Below, one piece after another: positions 8,656 to 19,629 of a stretch of 64,000 bases of DNA; the stretch's first letter is position 1; the number at the start of each line of letters is the position of its first letter. Below the pieces are notes generated by a model. That model ran no database searches. It was not told the origin of the DNA and saw only the letters and a program-made list of their open reading frames with translations. A program made the translations under genes and the position numbers. The stretch is from Thermoanaerobaculia bacterium (lineage in GTDB: Bacteria > Acidobacteriota > Thermoanaerobaculia > Multivoradales > UBA5704): the NCBI GenBank assembly GCA_036002325.1, contig DASYTJ010000038.1, positions 10,665-74,664 of the forward strand, given 5' to 3'.

Positions 8656-9438
8656 TCAGCGGACGATCAGGTTGACTCCCAGAGAGTCGTGGCGGTACGC
8701 CCTCGGCAGGGGAGGGAAAGGCGACGCGTTCTGGACGGCGCGCAGAGCCGCCAGGTCGAAGGAATTGTAGCCCGAGGACTGGGCCACCTCGAGGTCGGTG
8801 ATGCTGCCGTCCCGTTCGATGCGGAAGGAGATGATCGCTTGGACCTCGTCGCTCAAGGGCGGCCGCAGCCATTTGGCATCGATGGCCGAGAGGAGCTGGT
8901 CGATGTAGTAGCCGAACTTGAAGTCGGGGTTGTCGAGGCCGGCGATCTGGGAGCCGAAGGCCGAGCTGCCGAGGGGACTTCCGGTGGGCCCGCCGCGCCG
9001 GCCGGCCTCGCCGTCCGGATTCGGCTGCGGCGAGGTGCCCGCAGGATTGGTGCCGGTGCCGGCCTCGGTCCGCGGCTTCGGCTCGGGCGGCTTCTTCTCC
9101 GGCTTCTCCGGTGGCAGGACGGGAACGTCCTTCCGCGGCGGCTCCGGGACGGGCTCCTCGGGCTCGGGCTGCGGCGCGGCCTTTTCGGGCTCCGGTTCCG
9201 GCGGTTTCCGGGCTTTCGGCCGGCTCGCCGGCCGGCGTACGCCGAGCGCCTGGGCGGGGATGATCTGCACCGGCACGAACGACAGCGCCGGTGGAGAGGG
9301 AGCGAGACGGGGCAGCAGCAGGATGAGACCGACCGCGACTCCGTGGAGCAGCGCCGCAGCCGTCAGGCTGATGGCCTCCGGCCGCCTGCCGGCGCGGCGC
9401 GACCGCCGCTCCAGCACGTGATCGACCGCCGCGCTCAC
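8656..9438 (-). CDS. TonB_C-domain energy transducer (TolA-equivalent of this cluster)
   Basis: N-terminal TM, Pro/Glu/Lys-rich spacer (KPPEPEPEKAAPQPEPEEP), C-terminal TonB-type domain. Located between tolR and tolB. Confidence 0.7.
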   Translation of the reverse strand: MSAAVDHVLERRSRRAGRRPEAISLTAAALLHGVAVGLILLLPRLAPSPPALSFVPVQIIPAQALGVRRPASRPKARKPPEPEPEKAAPQPEPEEPVPEPPRKDVPVLPPEKPEKKPPEPKPRTEAGTGTNPAGTSPQPNPDGEAGRRGGPTGSPLGSSAFGSQIAGLDNPDFKFGYYIDQLLSAIDAKWLRPPLSDEVQAIISFRIERDGSITDLEVAQSSGYNSFDLAALRAVQNASPFPPLPRAYRHDSLGVNLIVR

Positions 9439-9866
9439 GTCCGGCGCTTCCTCTGGCGCTCTGTCACCATCCCGACGTGCACGATGCCGCCTTGATGGAG
9501 GACGTCGAGCACCTCGATCACCTTGCCATACGGAACGTCGCGGTCGCCCTTGAGGAAGACCGTATCGTCGCCCCGCGAGGCGATCTGGGTCTTGACCCGG
9601 GAGACCAGCTCGTCGGTCTCGACCGCCGATTCGCGCAGGTAGACCCGGCCGTTGCGGTCGATGGAGATCACCAGCGGGTCCTGCACCCGCAGCGGCAGGT
9701 TCGCCGCGTCGGCTTTCGGCAGGGCGACCTCGACTCCCTGATGCAGCATGGGTGCGGCGATCATGAAGATGATCAGCAGCACCAGCATCACGTCCACCAG
9801 CGGGGTGACGTTGATGTCCGCCAGGACGGGATCTTCGTCGCCGCCGTTGCCGAGAGTGAAAGCCAT
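9435..9866 (-). CDS. tolR: TolR/ExbD biopolymer transport protein
   Basis: INVTPLVDVMLVLLIIFM motif characteristic of ExbD/TolR. 143 aa. Confidence 0.85.
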   Translation of the reverse strand: MAFTLGNGGDEDPVLADINVTPLVDVMLVLLIIFMIAAPMLHQGVEVALPKADAANLPLRVQDPLVISIDRNGRVYLRESAVETDELVSRVKTQIASRGDDTVFLKGDRDVPYGKVIEVLDVLHQGGIVHVGMVTERQRKRRT

Positions 9867-9896
9867 GTCGATTCCTTCGCTAGAGACGGTCCGGAG

Positions 9897-10628
9897 CTAG
9901 GTGAAGTTTCGCTCCGCGAGGTTGAGGAACTCGAGGGTGAAGTCGTCCATTTGCAGGCGCAGCCGGCGGGCATGCTGGGAGTAGTAGTTGTAGGCGATCA
10001 GCGCCGGGATGGCCGCCGCCAGGCCCGCCGCGGTGTTGATGAGGGCCTCGGCGATGCCGGGCGCTACGGCGACGATCGAGGTGGAGCCCTGGAGGCCGAT
10101 GTCGTTGAACGCCTGCATGATCCCCCACACGGTGCCGAAGAGACCGATGAAGGGGGTGGCGGCGGCGGTGGTGGCGAGGAAACCCAGCCAGCGCGTCACC
10201 GCCAGCAGCTCGACGTTGGCCGCCCGGGCGAGCGTGCGCTGCAGCGCCGGCAGCGAGGTGATGCGATAAGCCCGTTTCTCGCCCGGGCGGTCCGGGTCGG
10301 GGGCGTTCTTGATCTGGCTGTCGATCTCCGCGTAGCCCGCCTGGAAGATGCCCACCAGCGGCGAGGCGCCTACCTTGCCGGCCACGGCGTTGACTTCGCT
10401 GAACCGCTGGCTGCGGTGAAAGGTGTCGAGAAAGCGCTCGCTCTGCCGGTTGGCGCGCCGGAACTGCACCATCTTGCCGAGAATGACGGACCAGGAGCCC
10501 ACGGAGAAGACAACCAGCACGGCGAGGACGAACTTCCCCATTGGCCCGCCGCGCAGAAAGAAATCGAACGCGCTCGGTCCCCGGAGACCGCCGCCGATTT
10601 GGAGGAGGATCAAAGCCGTCGTGAACAT
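9897..10628 (-). CDS. tolQ: TolQ/ExbB (MotA/TolQ/ExbB proton channel)
   Basis: Three TM helices; ...GLFGTVWGIMQAF...IAEALINTAAGLAAAIPALIAYNYY. Start set at internal ATG 10628 (MFTTALILLQ), shorter than the ORF-track start at 10697. Confidence 0.85.
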   Translation of the reverse strand: MFTTALILLQIGGGLRGPSAFDFFLRGGPMGKFVLAVLVVFSVGSWSVILGKMVQFRRANRQSERFLDTFHRSQRFSEVNAVAGKVGASPLVGIFQAGYAEIDSQIKNAPDPDRPGEKRAYRITSLPALQRTLARAANVELLAVTRWLGFLATTAAATPFIGLFGTVWGIMQAFNDIGLQGSTSIVAVAPGIAEALINTAAGLAAAIPALIAYNYYSQHARRLRLQMDDFTLEFLNLAERNFT

Positions 10629-10712
10629 GCGCTCTCCCTTGTCACCCTGGTGCGCCCGCGGCCGGGCCAACGTACCATGGCGCCGCCGGGTCAGCAAAGC
10701 TCGTGCCGGAGA

Positions 10713-11612
10713 TTACCGTGCCTCGCTGGCGGGGGTCGCAGAAGAGCCTACGGCCGGCTCTTCCAAAGCGGGTGGCAGGACCACCTTGTGGCGGCTCAGG
10801 AAGTCCTGGAGGGCGCGGGTCACCACCTCCACCGCCTGCTCGACCGAATCCACCCAGACGGCCAAGTTCAGGTCCTGAGGCGAGGCGCGGCCGGGCGCCA
10901 CGATCTCGCGTTCGATCCAGTCCCGCAGGCCGCGCCACATCGGGCCGACGAAGATCAGCGGCCGGCCATTGAGCATCTGCACCTGGAGGAGCTGCCAGAC
11001 CATCATGGCTTCCAGGGTGGTGCCGATGCCGCCGTCCATGACGACATAGGCGTGGGAGAGGCGGATGAACTGGTGGAGCCGTGAGAAGAACGTGGAGTGC
11101 TGGGCCACCTCGTCGAGGAACGGGTTGGGCTGTTCTTCCATCGGCAACAGGATGGTGAGGCCGTAGGAGCGGGTTTTGTAGTGGTAGGCGCCGGCCCGGG
11201 CTCCCTCGTTGGCGGCCCGCATCAGGCCGGGGCCGCCGCCGGTGACGATGTCGCACCCCATGTAGGAGAGCTGCCGGGCGAGCTCGCGCACCTGGGCGTA
11301 AATCTCGTCCTCCGGCTGGATCCGGCTCGATCCGAAGATGGCCACCCGGAAGTATCGCTTCTCGATAGGGGCCCGCCGGTCGAGCCAGGAGATCAGCCGG
11401 TAGAGGGAGAGAATGGCGCGGTCGAACCAACGCAGGACATAGGTGCGGCGCTTGCGGCGCCACCGTTGGCTGCGAGTCTCGCCCGGCGAGGCGGCGGGGG
11501 CGGGAAGAAAGAAACGGCGCGGCGACGACATAGGGGGGAGATTGTAAAGCGTTGCAAGGGTTTTCAACGCGGGATCTTCGGCTGGGCGGCGCCCGTTGCG
11601 CGGCTCCGGCAC
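10713..11612 (-). CDS. LOG family protein (TIGR00730, Rossmann-fold nucleotide-binding, cytokinin riboside 5'-monophosphate phosphoribohydrolase-like)
   Basis: GGGPGLMRAANEGA...PGGIGTLEE-like MDGGIGTTLEAMMVWQLLQ motif. The true start may be the internal ATG at 11531. Confidence 0.75.
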   Translation of the reverse strand: MPEPRNGRRPAEDPALKTLATLYNLPPMSSPRRFFLPAPAASPGETRSQRWRRKRRTYVLRWFDRAILSLYRLISWLDRRAPIEKRYFRVAIFGSSRIQPEDEIYAQVRELARQLSYMGCDIVTGGGPGLMRAANEGARAGAYHYKTRSYGLTILLPMEEQPNPFLDEVAQHSTFFSRLHQFIRLSHAYVVMDGGIGTTLEAMMVWQLLQVQMLNGRPLIFVGPMWRGLRDWIEREIVAPGRASPQDLNLAVWVDSVEQAVEVVTRALQDFLSRHKVVLPPALEEPAVGSSATPASEAR

Positions 11613-11710
11613 TTCCGGGCCGCCACCCGTGATAGTCTCGCTCCCGTTCCGTTACAGCACCTATAAGGCCGTGGCGGAGCGAGCCTAGCCGTACCCACCC
11701 TGGAGAGAGC

Positions 11711-12409
11711 ATGACCGGGCGAGTCCTCATCACCGGCGCCGCGGGCGCCCTGGGGCGCAGCGTGGTGGCGCGCTTCCTCGACGCGGGAGACCGCGTGCTG
11801 GCCGTGGATTTCAATGAGGAGGCGCTCGCCGAGCTGACCTCCCTGGCCCCCTCGGACGCGCTGTCCGTGCGGCGGGCCGACCTGGCGGAGACCGCCGAGG
11901 TCGAGCGGCTGTTCGACGAGGCGGAGGCGGCTTCCGGGGTCCCGCGGGCGGTCGTCCATCTGGTGGGCGGCTTCCGCTGGGCGCGCTTCGCCGACTGCTC
12001 GGACGCCGACTGGAACTACCTCGTGAAGCTCAACCTGGAAGGCACCTTCCGCGTCTTTCGCGAGTGCGCCCGCCGCTTCGAGCGGGCCGGCGGCGGAGCG
12101 GTGGTGGCGGTCTCCGCCCCCGCCGCGCTGCTGGGCGAGGCCGGAGTCGGCGGCTACGCCGCGGCCAAAGCGGGGGTGCTGCGGATGGTCGAGTCGCTGG
12201 CGCGGGAGATGGCGCCGTTCGGCGGCCGGGCCAACGCCGTGCTCCCCGGCACTATGGACACGCCCGCCAACCGGGCCGCCATGCCCGACGCCGATCCGGC
12301 GAAATGGGCCAGCACCGCGGATGTCGCCGCGGTCATCCACTTCCTCACGACTCCCGCCGCGGCGGCCGTCAACGGCGCCGCAGTGCGGGTTCCGGGACCC
12401 ACCTTATGA
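11711..12409 (+). CDS. SDR family short-chain dehydrogenase/reductase
   Basis: N-terminal ITGAAGALG (TGxxxGxG) Rossmann motif, ~230 aa. Confidence 0.8.
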   Translation: MTGRVLITGAAGALGRSVVARFLDAGDRVLAVDFNEEALAELTSLAPSDALSVRRADLAETAEVERLFDEAEAASGVPRAVVHLVGGFRWARFADCSDADWNYLVKLNLEGTFRVFRECARRFERAGGGAVVAVSAPAALLGEAGVGGYAAAKAGVLRMVESLAREMAPFGGRANAVLPGTMDTPANRAAMPDADPAKWASTADVAAVIHFLTTPAAAAVNGAAVRVPGPTL

Positions 12410-12915
12410 ACCATTCCCTGGATTGCCACGTTTACTACGACTCCACGCGCCACGCGGCGCCGCCCGCCGACTGCGCGCAGCGCGTCGATCTCGCCGTACA
12501 GCCCCAGGCCGCCGGCCGTCTGGCGCGGCTGGGCATCTCGCCGGAGTCGGACCTGCCGGCCGTGCTGTTCACCGAGCCCGACGGCAACGTCCGCATCGCC
12601 GGCCTGCGCCTGACCTCCGAGGAGACGTCCGATCTGGCGGCCGGCCTTGCCGGCGTTCAGGCGCACGATCTGGTGGTCTACAGCTCCTCCTGGTGCCCCG
12701 ATTGCCGGCGCGCCAAGCGCGTGCTGGAGGAGACGGAGACGCGGTTCGACGAGGTGGACATCGACCGCGACGCCGGCGCCGAGGCTGTGGTGCTGCAGAG
12801 GAGCGGCGGCCGGCGCATCGTGCCCACTTTGCGGTTCGGTGACCGCGTATGGGCGTTCAACCCGGCTCCGCCGCTGCTCCGCCGGCTGCTGGGCGGCCGC
12901 GCGAAGGACGTCTGA
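12406..12915 (+). CDS. glutaredoxin/NrdH-like thiol-disulfide protein with an ~80 aa N-terminal extension
   Basis: WCPDC redox motif followed by RRIVPTL... (Grx-like fold) in the C-terminal half. ATG at 12406 overlaps the SDR stop. The longer ORF-track frame starting at 12064 is judged spurious. Confidence 0.55.
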   Translation: MNHSLDCHVYYDSTRHAAPPADCAQRVDLAVQPQAAGRLARLGISPESDLPAVLFTEPDGNVRIAGLRLTSEETSDLAAGLAGVQAHDLVVYSSSWCPDCRRAKRVLEETETRFDEVDIDRDAGAEAVVLQRSGGRRIVPTLRFGDRVWAFNPAPPLLRRLLGGRAKDV

Positions 12916-12933
12916 GCCGGAGCCCGAGGGGAT

Positions 12934-13733
12934 TTGCGCATGAAGATCGCCGTCTGTATCAAGCAGGTGCCCAACACCGAAGCGCGGCTGCGCGTCAGCC
13001 GCGACGGGCGGTGGCTGGAGGAGGAGGACCTGCCGTTCATCATCAACGAGAGCGACGAGTACGCCCTGGAAGAAGGCCTGCGCATCGCCGAGAAGACGGG
13101 CGGCGAGGTGGTGGTGTTCAGCCTCGGGCCGGAACGCGTGAAAGAAGCGTTGCGCAAGGCGCTGGCGGTGGGAGCGGCGCGGGCCGTCCACCTGGCGGAT
13201 CCGGCGTTTCTCGGCGGCGACGCCCTGGCGGCCGGCCGCGCGCTGGCGGCCGCGCTGGCCCGCGACTCCTTCGACCTGGTGCTCACCGGCTCGCAGTCGG
13301 ACGACGTGGGCTACGGCGGCACCGGCTCGGTGATCGCCGGCCATCTCGGCTGGCCCCACGTCTGGCTGGTCATGGGCGTCGAGCTGGAGGAGGGCAACCG
13401 TTCGGCCAAGGTCACCCGCGAGATGGAGAGCGGGGTCAACGAGGTATCGCGCGTCCGCTTGCCGGCGGTGCTGGAGATTCAGGCCGGCCTCAACCACCCT
13501 CGCTACGCTTCGCTCAAGGGCATCATGGCGGCGAAGAAGAAGGAGATCGCCACGGCGACTCCGGCCGACCTGGGGCTGGACGCGTCGCAAGTGGGGGAGG
13601 CGGGCTCGCGGCTGGAGATCGTCTCGGTCAGCTTCCCGCAATCCGGCAAGGGCGCCCAGATCCTGGAGGGCGATGCCAAGGCCGCGGCGTCGGCGCTCGT
13701 CGCCAAGCTGCAGAAGGAAGCGAGGGTGCTCTG

Positions 13734-13734
<1 letters not shown>
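12934..13734 (+). CDS. etfB: electron transfer flavoprotein beta subunit
   Basis: MKIAVCIKQVPNTEARLRV...LVLTGSQSDDVGYGGTG matches the EtfB/FixA family. Confidence 0.9.
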
Positions 13735-14713
<979 letters not shown>

Positions 14714-14717
<4 letters not shown>

Positions 14718-17296
14718 GGGAGTGGGTCGTCCTCAAGTTCGGCGGCACCAGCGTCTCCACCCCTGAGCGCTGGGCGACGATCGCCGCCCTCGTCGAGAGG
14801 CGGCTGGGCGAAGGGCTGCGGCCGTTCGTCGTCTGCTCCGCCCTCTCGGGCATCTCCAACCGGCTGGAAGCGCTGCTCGCGCTGGCCGTCGACGGGCGGC
14901 ATGAGGAGGAGCTCGCGGCCATCCGGGCGCGGCACCTGGAGCTCGGGGCCGGCCTCGCGGTCGACGCCGGCGGCCTGCTGCGGGCCGATTTCGAGGAGCT
15001 TTCCCGCCTCACCCTGGCCGCCTCGCTGCTGCGCGAAGCGGGCCCGGCGCTCAAGGCGCGGGTGATGGCGTTCGGCGAGCTGATGTCGACGCGGCTGGGC
15101 GCCGCCTACCTTTCCTCGCGCGGCATCGCGGCGGACTGGCACGACGCGCGGACCTCGCTCGTGACCCGCGAAGACCCGCTCGCCGACGGGCCGCGGGCCT
15201 ACCTCGCGGCCACCTGCGGCTGGGAGCGGGATGAGGAGCTGCGGGAGAGGCTGGCCGGCAGCCCCGCCGCGGTGGTCCTCACCCAGGGCTTCATCGCCCG
15301 CAACCGGGAGGGGCAGACGGTGCTGCTCGGCCGCGGCGGCTCGGATACCTCCGCCGCCTACTTCGCCGCCCGTCTCGGCGCCGCGCGGTGCGAGATCTGG
15401 ACCGACGTCCCCGGTCTGTTCACCGCCAATCCGGCGCTCATCCCTTCCGCCCGCCTGCTGCGCGCCCTTAACTACGAGGAGGCGCAGGAGATCGCCACCA
15501 TGGGCGCCAAGGTGCTCCACCCGCGGTCCATCCCGCCGCTGCACGCCCACGCCATCCCGTTGCACGTGCTTTCGACCGACCACCCGGACGCGCCCGGGAC
15601 GGTGATCTCGGCCGCCGGCCCGGTGACCGGTCCGCAGGTGAAGGCGATCTCGTCGCGCCACGGGCTCACCCTGATCTCGATGGAGACCGTGGGGATGTGG
15701 CAGGAGGTGGGCTTTCTGGCGCGGGCCTTCGAGGTCTTCGCCCGCCACGGCCTTTCGGTGGACTCGGTCTCCACCTCCGAGACCAACGTCACCGTCTCCA
15801 TCGACTCTCTGGCCAACGCCCTGGAGCCGGCGGTGCTCTCGGCGCTGCTGCGCGACCTGGCGGCTTTCTGCGAGCCGCACGTCATCGCGCCGACGTCGTC
15901 CCTGTCGCTGGTCGGACGCGGCATCCGCGCCATCCTGCATGAGCTGGGGCCGGTGCTCGAGGCTTTCGAGGAGCTCACGGTGCACCTGGTCACTCAGGCG
16001 GCGAGCGATCTCAACCTCACTTTTGTCGTGGACGAAGACCAGAGCGAACGCCTGGTACGCCAGCTCCATGGCCTGCTTTTCGCCCAGAAGGGAGAAGGCG
16101 AGGTTTTCGGACCCACCTGGAGCGAGCTGTTCGGCGAGCCACTGGAAGAGGCAGCCGCGGCACCGCGCGAGTGGTGGCGCCGGCGCCGGATCGAGCTGCT
16201 GGACCTCGCCGGCGAACATGGAGCGGTCTACGTCTACGACGCCGGCAGCCTGAAGTCCGCGGCCGAGGCTCTGCGCTCGCTCGACGCGGTGGACCGCGCG
16301 TTCTACTCGCTCAAAGCGAACTGCCACCCCGACGTGCTGCGGGTCTTCCACGCCGCGGGCCTGGGCTTCGAGTGCGTATCCGCGGCCGAGCTCGACCATG
16401 TGCGGAGCCTCTTTCCCAGTCTCGACGGCTCGCGGCTCCTGTTCACTCCCAACTTCGCTCCCCGCGAGGAGTACCGCCACGGCTTCGAGCTGGGAGCGCG
16501 GGTGACGATCGACAATCTCCACCCGCTGCGGGAATGGCCGGAGGTCTTCCAGGGCCGTGAGGTCTTCCTGCGGCTGGATCCGGGGAGGGGGAGAGGGCAC
16601 CATGCCCACGTCCGCACGGCCGGAGCACAATCCAAGTTCGGCCTGGCCCCCGAGCAGATCGACGACATCCGGCCGCTGCTCGCGGCGTGCGGCGCACGGG
16701 TGGTGGGGCTCCATGCCCACGCCGGCAGCGGCGTGCGCACGCCGGAGGCCTGGAGCGAGGTGGCGCTCTTCCTGGCCGCCGCCGCCGAGCGATTCCCGGA
16801 GGTGCGGATCCTGGACCTGGGAGGCGGCCTCGGGGTGCCGGAGCGTCCGGGCCAGAGCCCGCTGGATCTCGCCGCCCTGGGCGAGCTGCTGCGGCGCTTC
16901 AAGGCTGCCCATCCGCGGTTCGAGCTGTGGCTGGAGCCCGGCCGGTTCCTGGTCGCGCCGGCGGGAGTGCTGTTGGCACGGGTGACGCAGGTCAAGCGCA
17001 AGGGCGAGATCACCTATGTGGGGCTGGAGACGGGAATGAACTCACTGATCCGGCCGCCGCTCTACGGTGCCTATCACCCGATCGTGAACCTCTCGCGGCT
17101 CGACGAGCATCCTGCCTGGATCGCTCATATCGTGGGTCCCATCTGCGAGACGGGAGACATCCTCGGCCGCTCGCGCCGCCTGCCGCCTACCGCGGAAGGA
17201 GATGTCCTGCTGATCGCCAACGCCGGCGCCTACGGCAGGGTCATGAGCTCGCGCTACAACCTGCGCGAGCCGGCGGGGGAAGTGGTGCTGCCCTGA
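14714..17296 (+). CDS. bifunctional aspartokinase / diaminopimelate decarboxylase (LysC-LysA fusion)
   Basis: N-terminal VLKFGGTSV kinase and two ACT-like regions. The C-terminal half carries SLKAN (PLP Lys), LDLGGGLG and CETGD motifs of DAP decarboxylase. A single 860-aa frame. Confidence 0.85.
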
Positions 17297-17342
17297 AACC
17301 CACCCTGCCGCCTCTGCGTAGTCTCCTGCGGGGAGGCACCAC

Positions 17343-18071
17343 ATGAACGCGAACTCGAGGGATGACATAACGCTTGCCGACGCCGTAGTTCACTTCTTTA
17401 CGGCGCCGCTGCGGCTGAGGACCTATACCAACCTGCTGTACCTGCTGCTGGCAATGCCGTTGGGGCTGATCTACTTCATCTTCCTGAGCGTCGGGCTGAC
17501 CACCGGATTCGGGCTGGTCATCGTCTGGATCGGGATTCCCATCCTCGCCCTGGTCTTCGCCGGGAGCTGGGGGCTCGCCGCCCTGGAGCGGCAGCTCGCC
17601 ATCCATGCGCTGGGCGCCGAGGTTCCGCCGATGCTCCCGCAGATCGCGCCGCCGCCGGCCAGCGAACCGGCGCCGGGCTTCTGGAAACGGGTCGGGGCAT
17701 TCCTTTCGAATCCTGTGACCTGGAAGGGCATGGCCTTCCTGCTGCTCAAGCTGCCCCTGGGCATAGTGAGCTTCACCGCCGTCGTGGCGTTGTTGGCGAC
17801 GACGGCCGGCTTCCTGCTGGCCCCGGCCGTGTGGTTTTTCGGATCCTGGAGCCTGGATTTCGACTTGGATATCGACGGCTGGATCATCGACTCGCCGGCC
17901 GCCGCCCTGGCCGTTGGAGCGCTCGGCGTGGTCTTCTTCTTCCTCTCCCTCAATCTGCTGAACGGTCTGGCTCTCGTCTGGCGCTGGACGGCCAGCTTCC
18001 TGCTCGGCAGCGAGCGCTTCGCGCCCGCCGCGCCGCTGCCGCCCGTGCTGCCCGAGCCGGCCGCCGCCTGA
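17343..18071 (+). CDS. membrane protein resembling the N-terminal 'putative sensor' domain of LiaS-type histidine kinases, stand-alone
   Basis: LLYLLLAMPLGLIYFIFLSVGLTTGFGLVIVWIGIPILAL...ERQLA pattern. No kinase domain follows. Assignment made from memory of the family, not searched. Confidence 0.5.
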   Translation: MNANSRDDITLADAVVHFFTAPLRLRTYTNLLYLLLAMPLGLIYFIFLSVGLTTGFGLVIVWIGIPILALVFAGSWGLAALERQLAIHALGAEVPPMLPQIAPPPASEPAPGFWKRVGAFLSNPVTWKGMAFLLLKLPLGIVSFTAVVALLATTAGFLLAPAVWFFGSWSLDFDLDIDGWIIDSPAAALAVGALGVVFFFLSLNLLNGLALVWRWTASFLLGSERFAPAAPLPPVLPEPAAA

Positions 18072-18177
18072 GCCGCGACCATCCTCGAGAGCTCCGCAGG
18101 GCGGTCCTACGGGGCCGCCCTGGTCGTATCCGGGTCCGGCGCGGTAGCATTGCCGCGTCCCTGAGATCCGCGCCTCC

Positions 18178-19521
18178 ATGAAAACCCCCACTCTCGACGA
18201 GCTCGTGCTGCTGCCCGAGCCGCTGGCGTTGCAGCGCCATTTCGATGCCAAGAACTCTCGCGTCTTCCGGATTCTGCTGATCGTGCTGCCGCTCTTCTGC
18301 CTCTCCGGGATCGCTAACTCAGGCAGGCACGGCGACCCCTACGGGCTGACCATCTACATCGCCGACTTCCTCCTCAGCGTCGTCTTGTTCATCCTGCGCA
18401 ACCGGAGCCTCGTCACCAGGAACCTCCGCCCGATCCTCCTGGTCTACCTTTTCGTTCAGATCCTGGTGCTGAAGTTCGCCACGATGCCGCTCGGCGAGGG
18501 GGACTTTGGACCTTTCTACGCCGTGGTGTTCCTGCTCCTCGTTTTCCGGTTGCGCCTGGCGGAGCACGTCATGTTGTTCGTGTCGTTCTGGGCGGCGGCG
18601 ATCTTCCCCCTGTCCTGGCTGGGAGTGCACCAGAAGCCGGCCCCACCGGATGAGATCGAGGGCGGAGTCATCGCGATTTCGATCGTGACGCTGATCTTCC
18701 TGTTGGTCGCGGCGGCCATCACCCAGGTCAGCCGGCGCCGCTTTCTCGTGGTGTGGCGCCGGGAGAGCTCCCGGAACCGCGAGCGCCTGCGGATGCGCGA
18801 GGAGATCGATTACGCCCGCAAGATTCAGCTCAGCATGTTGCCGCAGAAAGCGCCAGAGGTGGAGTGGCTGGACCTGGCGGCGGCCTCGCTGCCGGCGACG
18901 GAGGTCGGCGGCGACTACTACGAGTTCTTCGAAGCGGGCGAGTCGCGAATCGTCGTGGTGATCGGCGACGTCGCCGGGCACGGCCTGGCGAGCGGTCTGC
19001 TGCTGTCCGGGGTCCGGAGCTGCCTCTATCTGCTTGAAGAGAATCTGACCTCTCCCGTTCAGGTCCTGGAGCGGCTGAATCACATGGTGCGGCGAACGAC
19101 GGACAAAAGGACCTACGTCACGCTGCTCTGCGCCGTGCTCGATCGGGCCGAGGACGTCCTCTCCGTGGTGAGCGCCGGCCATCCTCCGGTCCTCCACCAC
19201 GACCCGCGTTCCGGCAGCTTCGACGAGGTCGGGGTTGGCGCGCCGCCCCTCGGCACCTTCCTGGAGACCGAGTACCGAACGGTCCAACGACCACTGGCGA
19301 CCGGCGACCTGCTAGTTTTCTATACCGACGGCCTCGTCGAGGCGTGCAACGCCCACGGCCAGGAGTACGGAGCGGCGCGCCTCCAGCGCGCTGTCGCCCG
19401 CGCCGCCGCCAGCCGCACCGCGCGCGAGGTCCGCGACGCCATCCTGGGCGACCTCTCCAATTTCAAGGGCGACCAGGAGCAGGCGGACGACCTGACTCTG
19501 GTGGTGGTGCGGCTGCGGTAG
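18178..19521 (+). CDS. membrane-anchored PP2C-family Ser/Thr phosphatase (SpoIIE/RsbU-like)
   Basis: ~5-6 TM N-terminus, then DYARKIQLSMLP...GGDYYEF...VIGDVAGHG...TDGLVEA...DDLTLVVVRL PP2C signature. Confidence 0.8.
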   Translation: MKTPTLDELVLLPEPLALQRHFDAKNSRVFRILLIVLPLFCLSGIANSGRHGDPYGLTIYIADFLLSVVLFILRNRSLVTRNLRPILLVYLFVQILVLKFATMPLGEGDFGPFYAVVFLLLVFRLRLAEHVMLFVSFWAAAIFPLSWLGVHQKPAPPDEIEGGVIAISIVTLIFLLVAAAITQVSRRRFLVVWRRESSRNRERLRMREEIDYARKIQLSMLPQKAPEVEWLDLAAASLPATEVGGDYYEFFEAGESRIVVVIGDVAGHGLASGLLLSGVRSCLYLLEENLTSPVQVLERLNHMVRRTTDKRTYVTLLCAVLDRAEDVLSVVSAGHPPVLHHDPRSGSFDEVGVGAPPLGTFLETEYRTVQRPLATGDLLVFYTDGLVEACNAHGQEYGAARLQRAVARAAASRTAREVRDAILGDLSNFKGDQEQADDLTLVVVRLR

Positions 19522-19629
19522 GGGACGGCGGGGCGTCTCCGCGGCGGCGAGACCGTTCCGGCATCTCCTTGTCGCGCCGGCGAGGGAACAGATATCGTAG
19601 CGTGTCCCTCTGTAAGGAGAATCCCCGAA

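Noticed and set aside
7645-9495. 616-aa ORF on the + strand
   Set aside because: Antisense to tolB and the TolA-like gene. Composition typical of GC-rich antisense frames.
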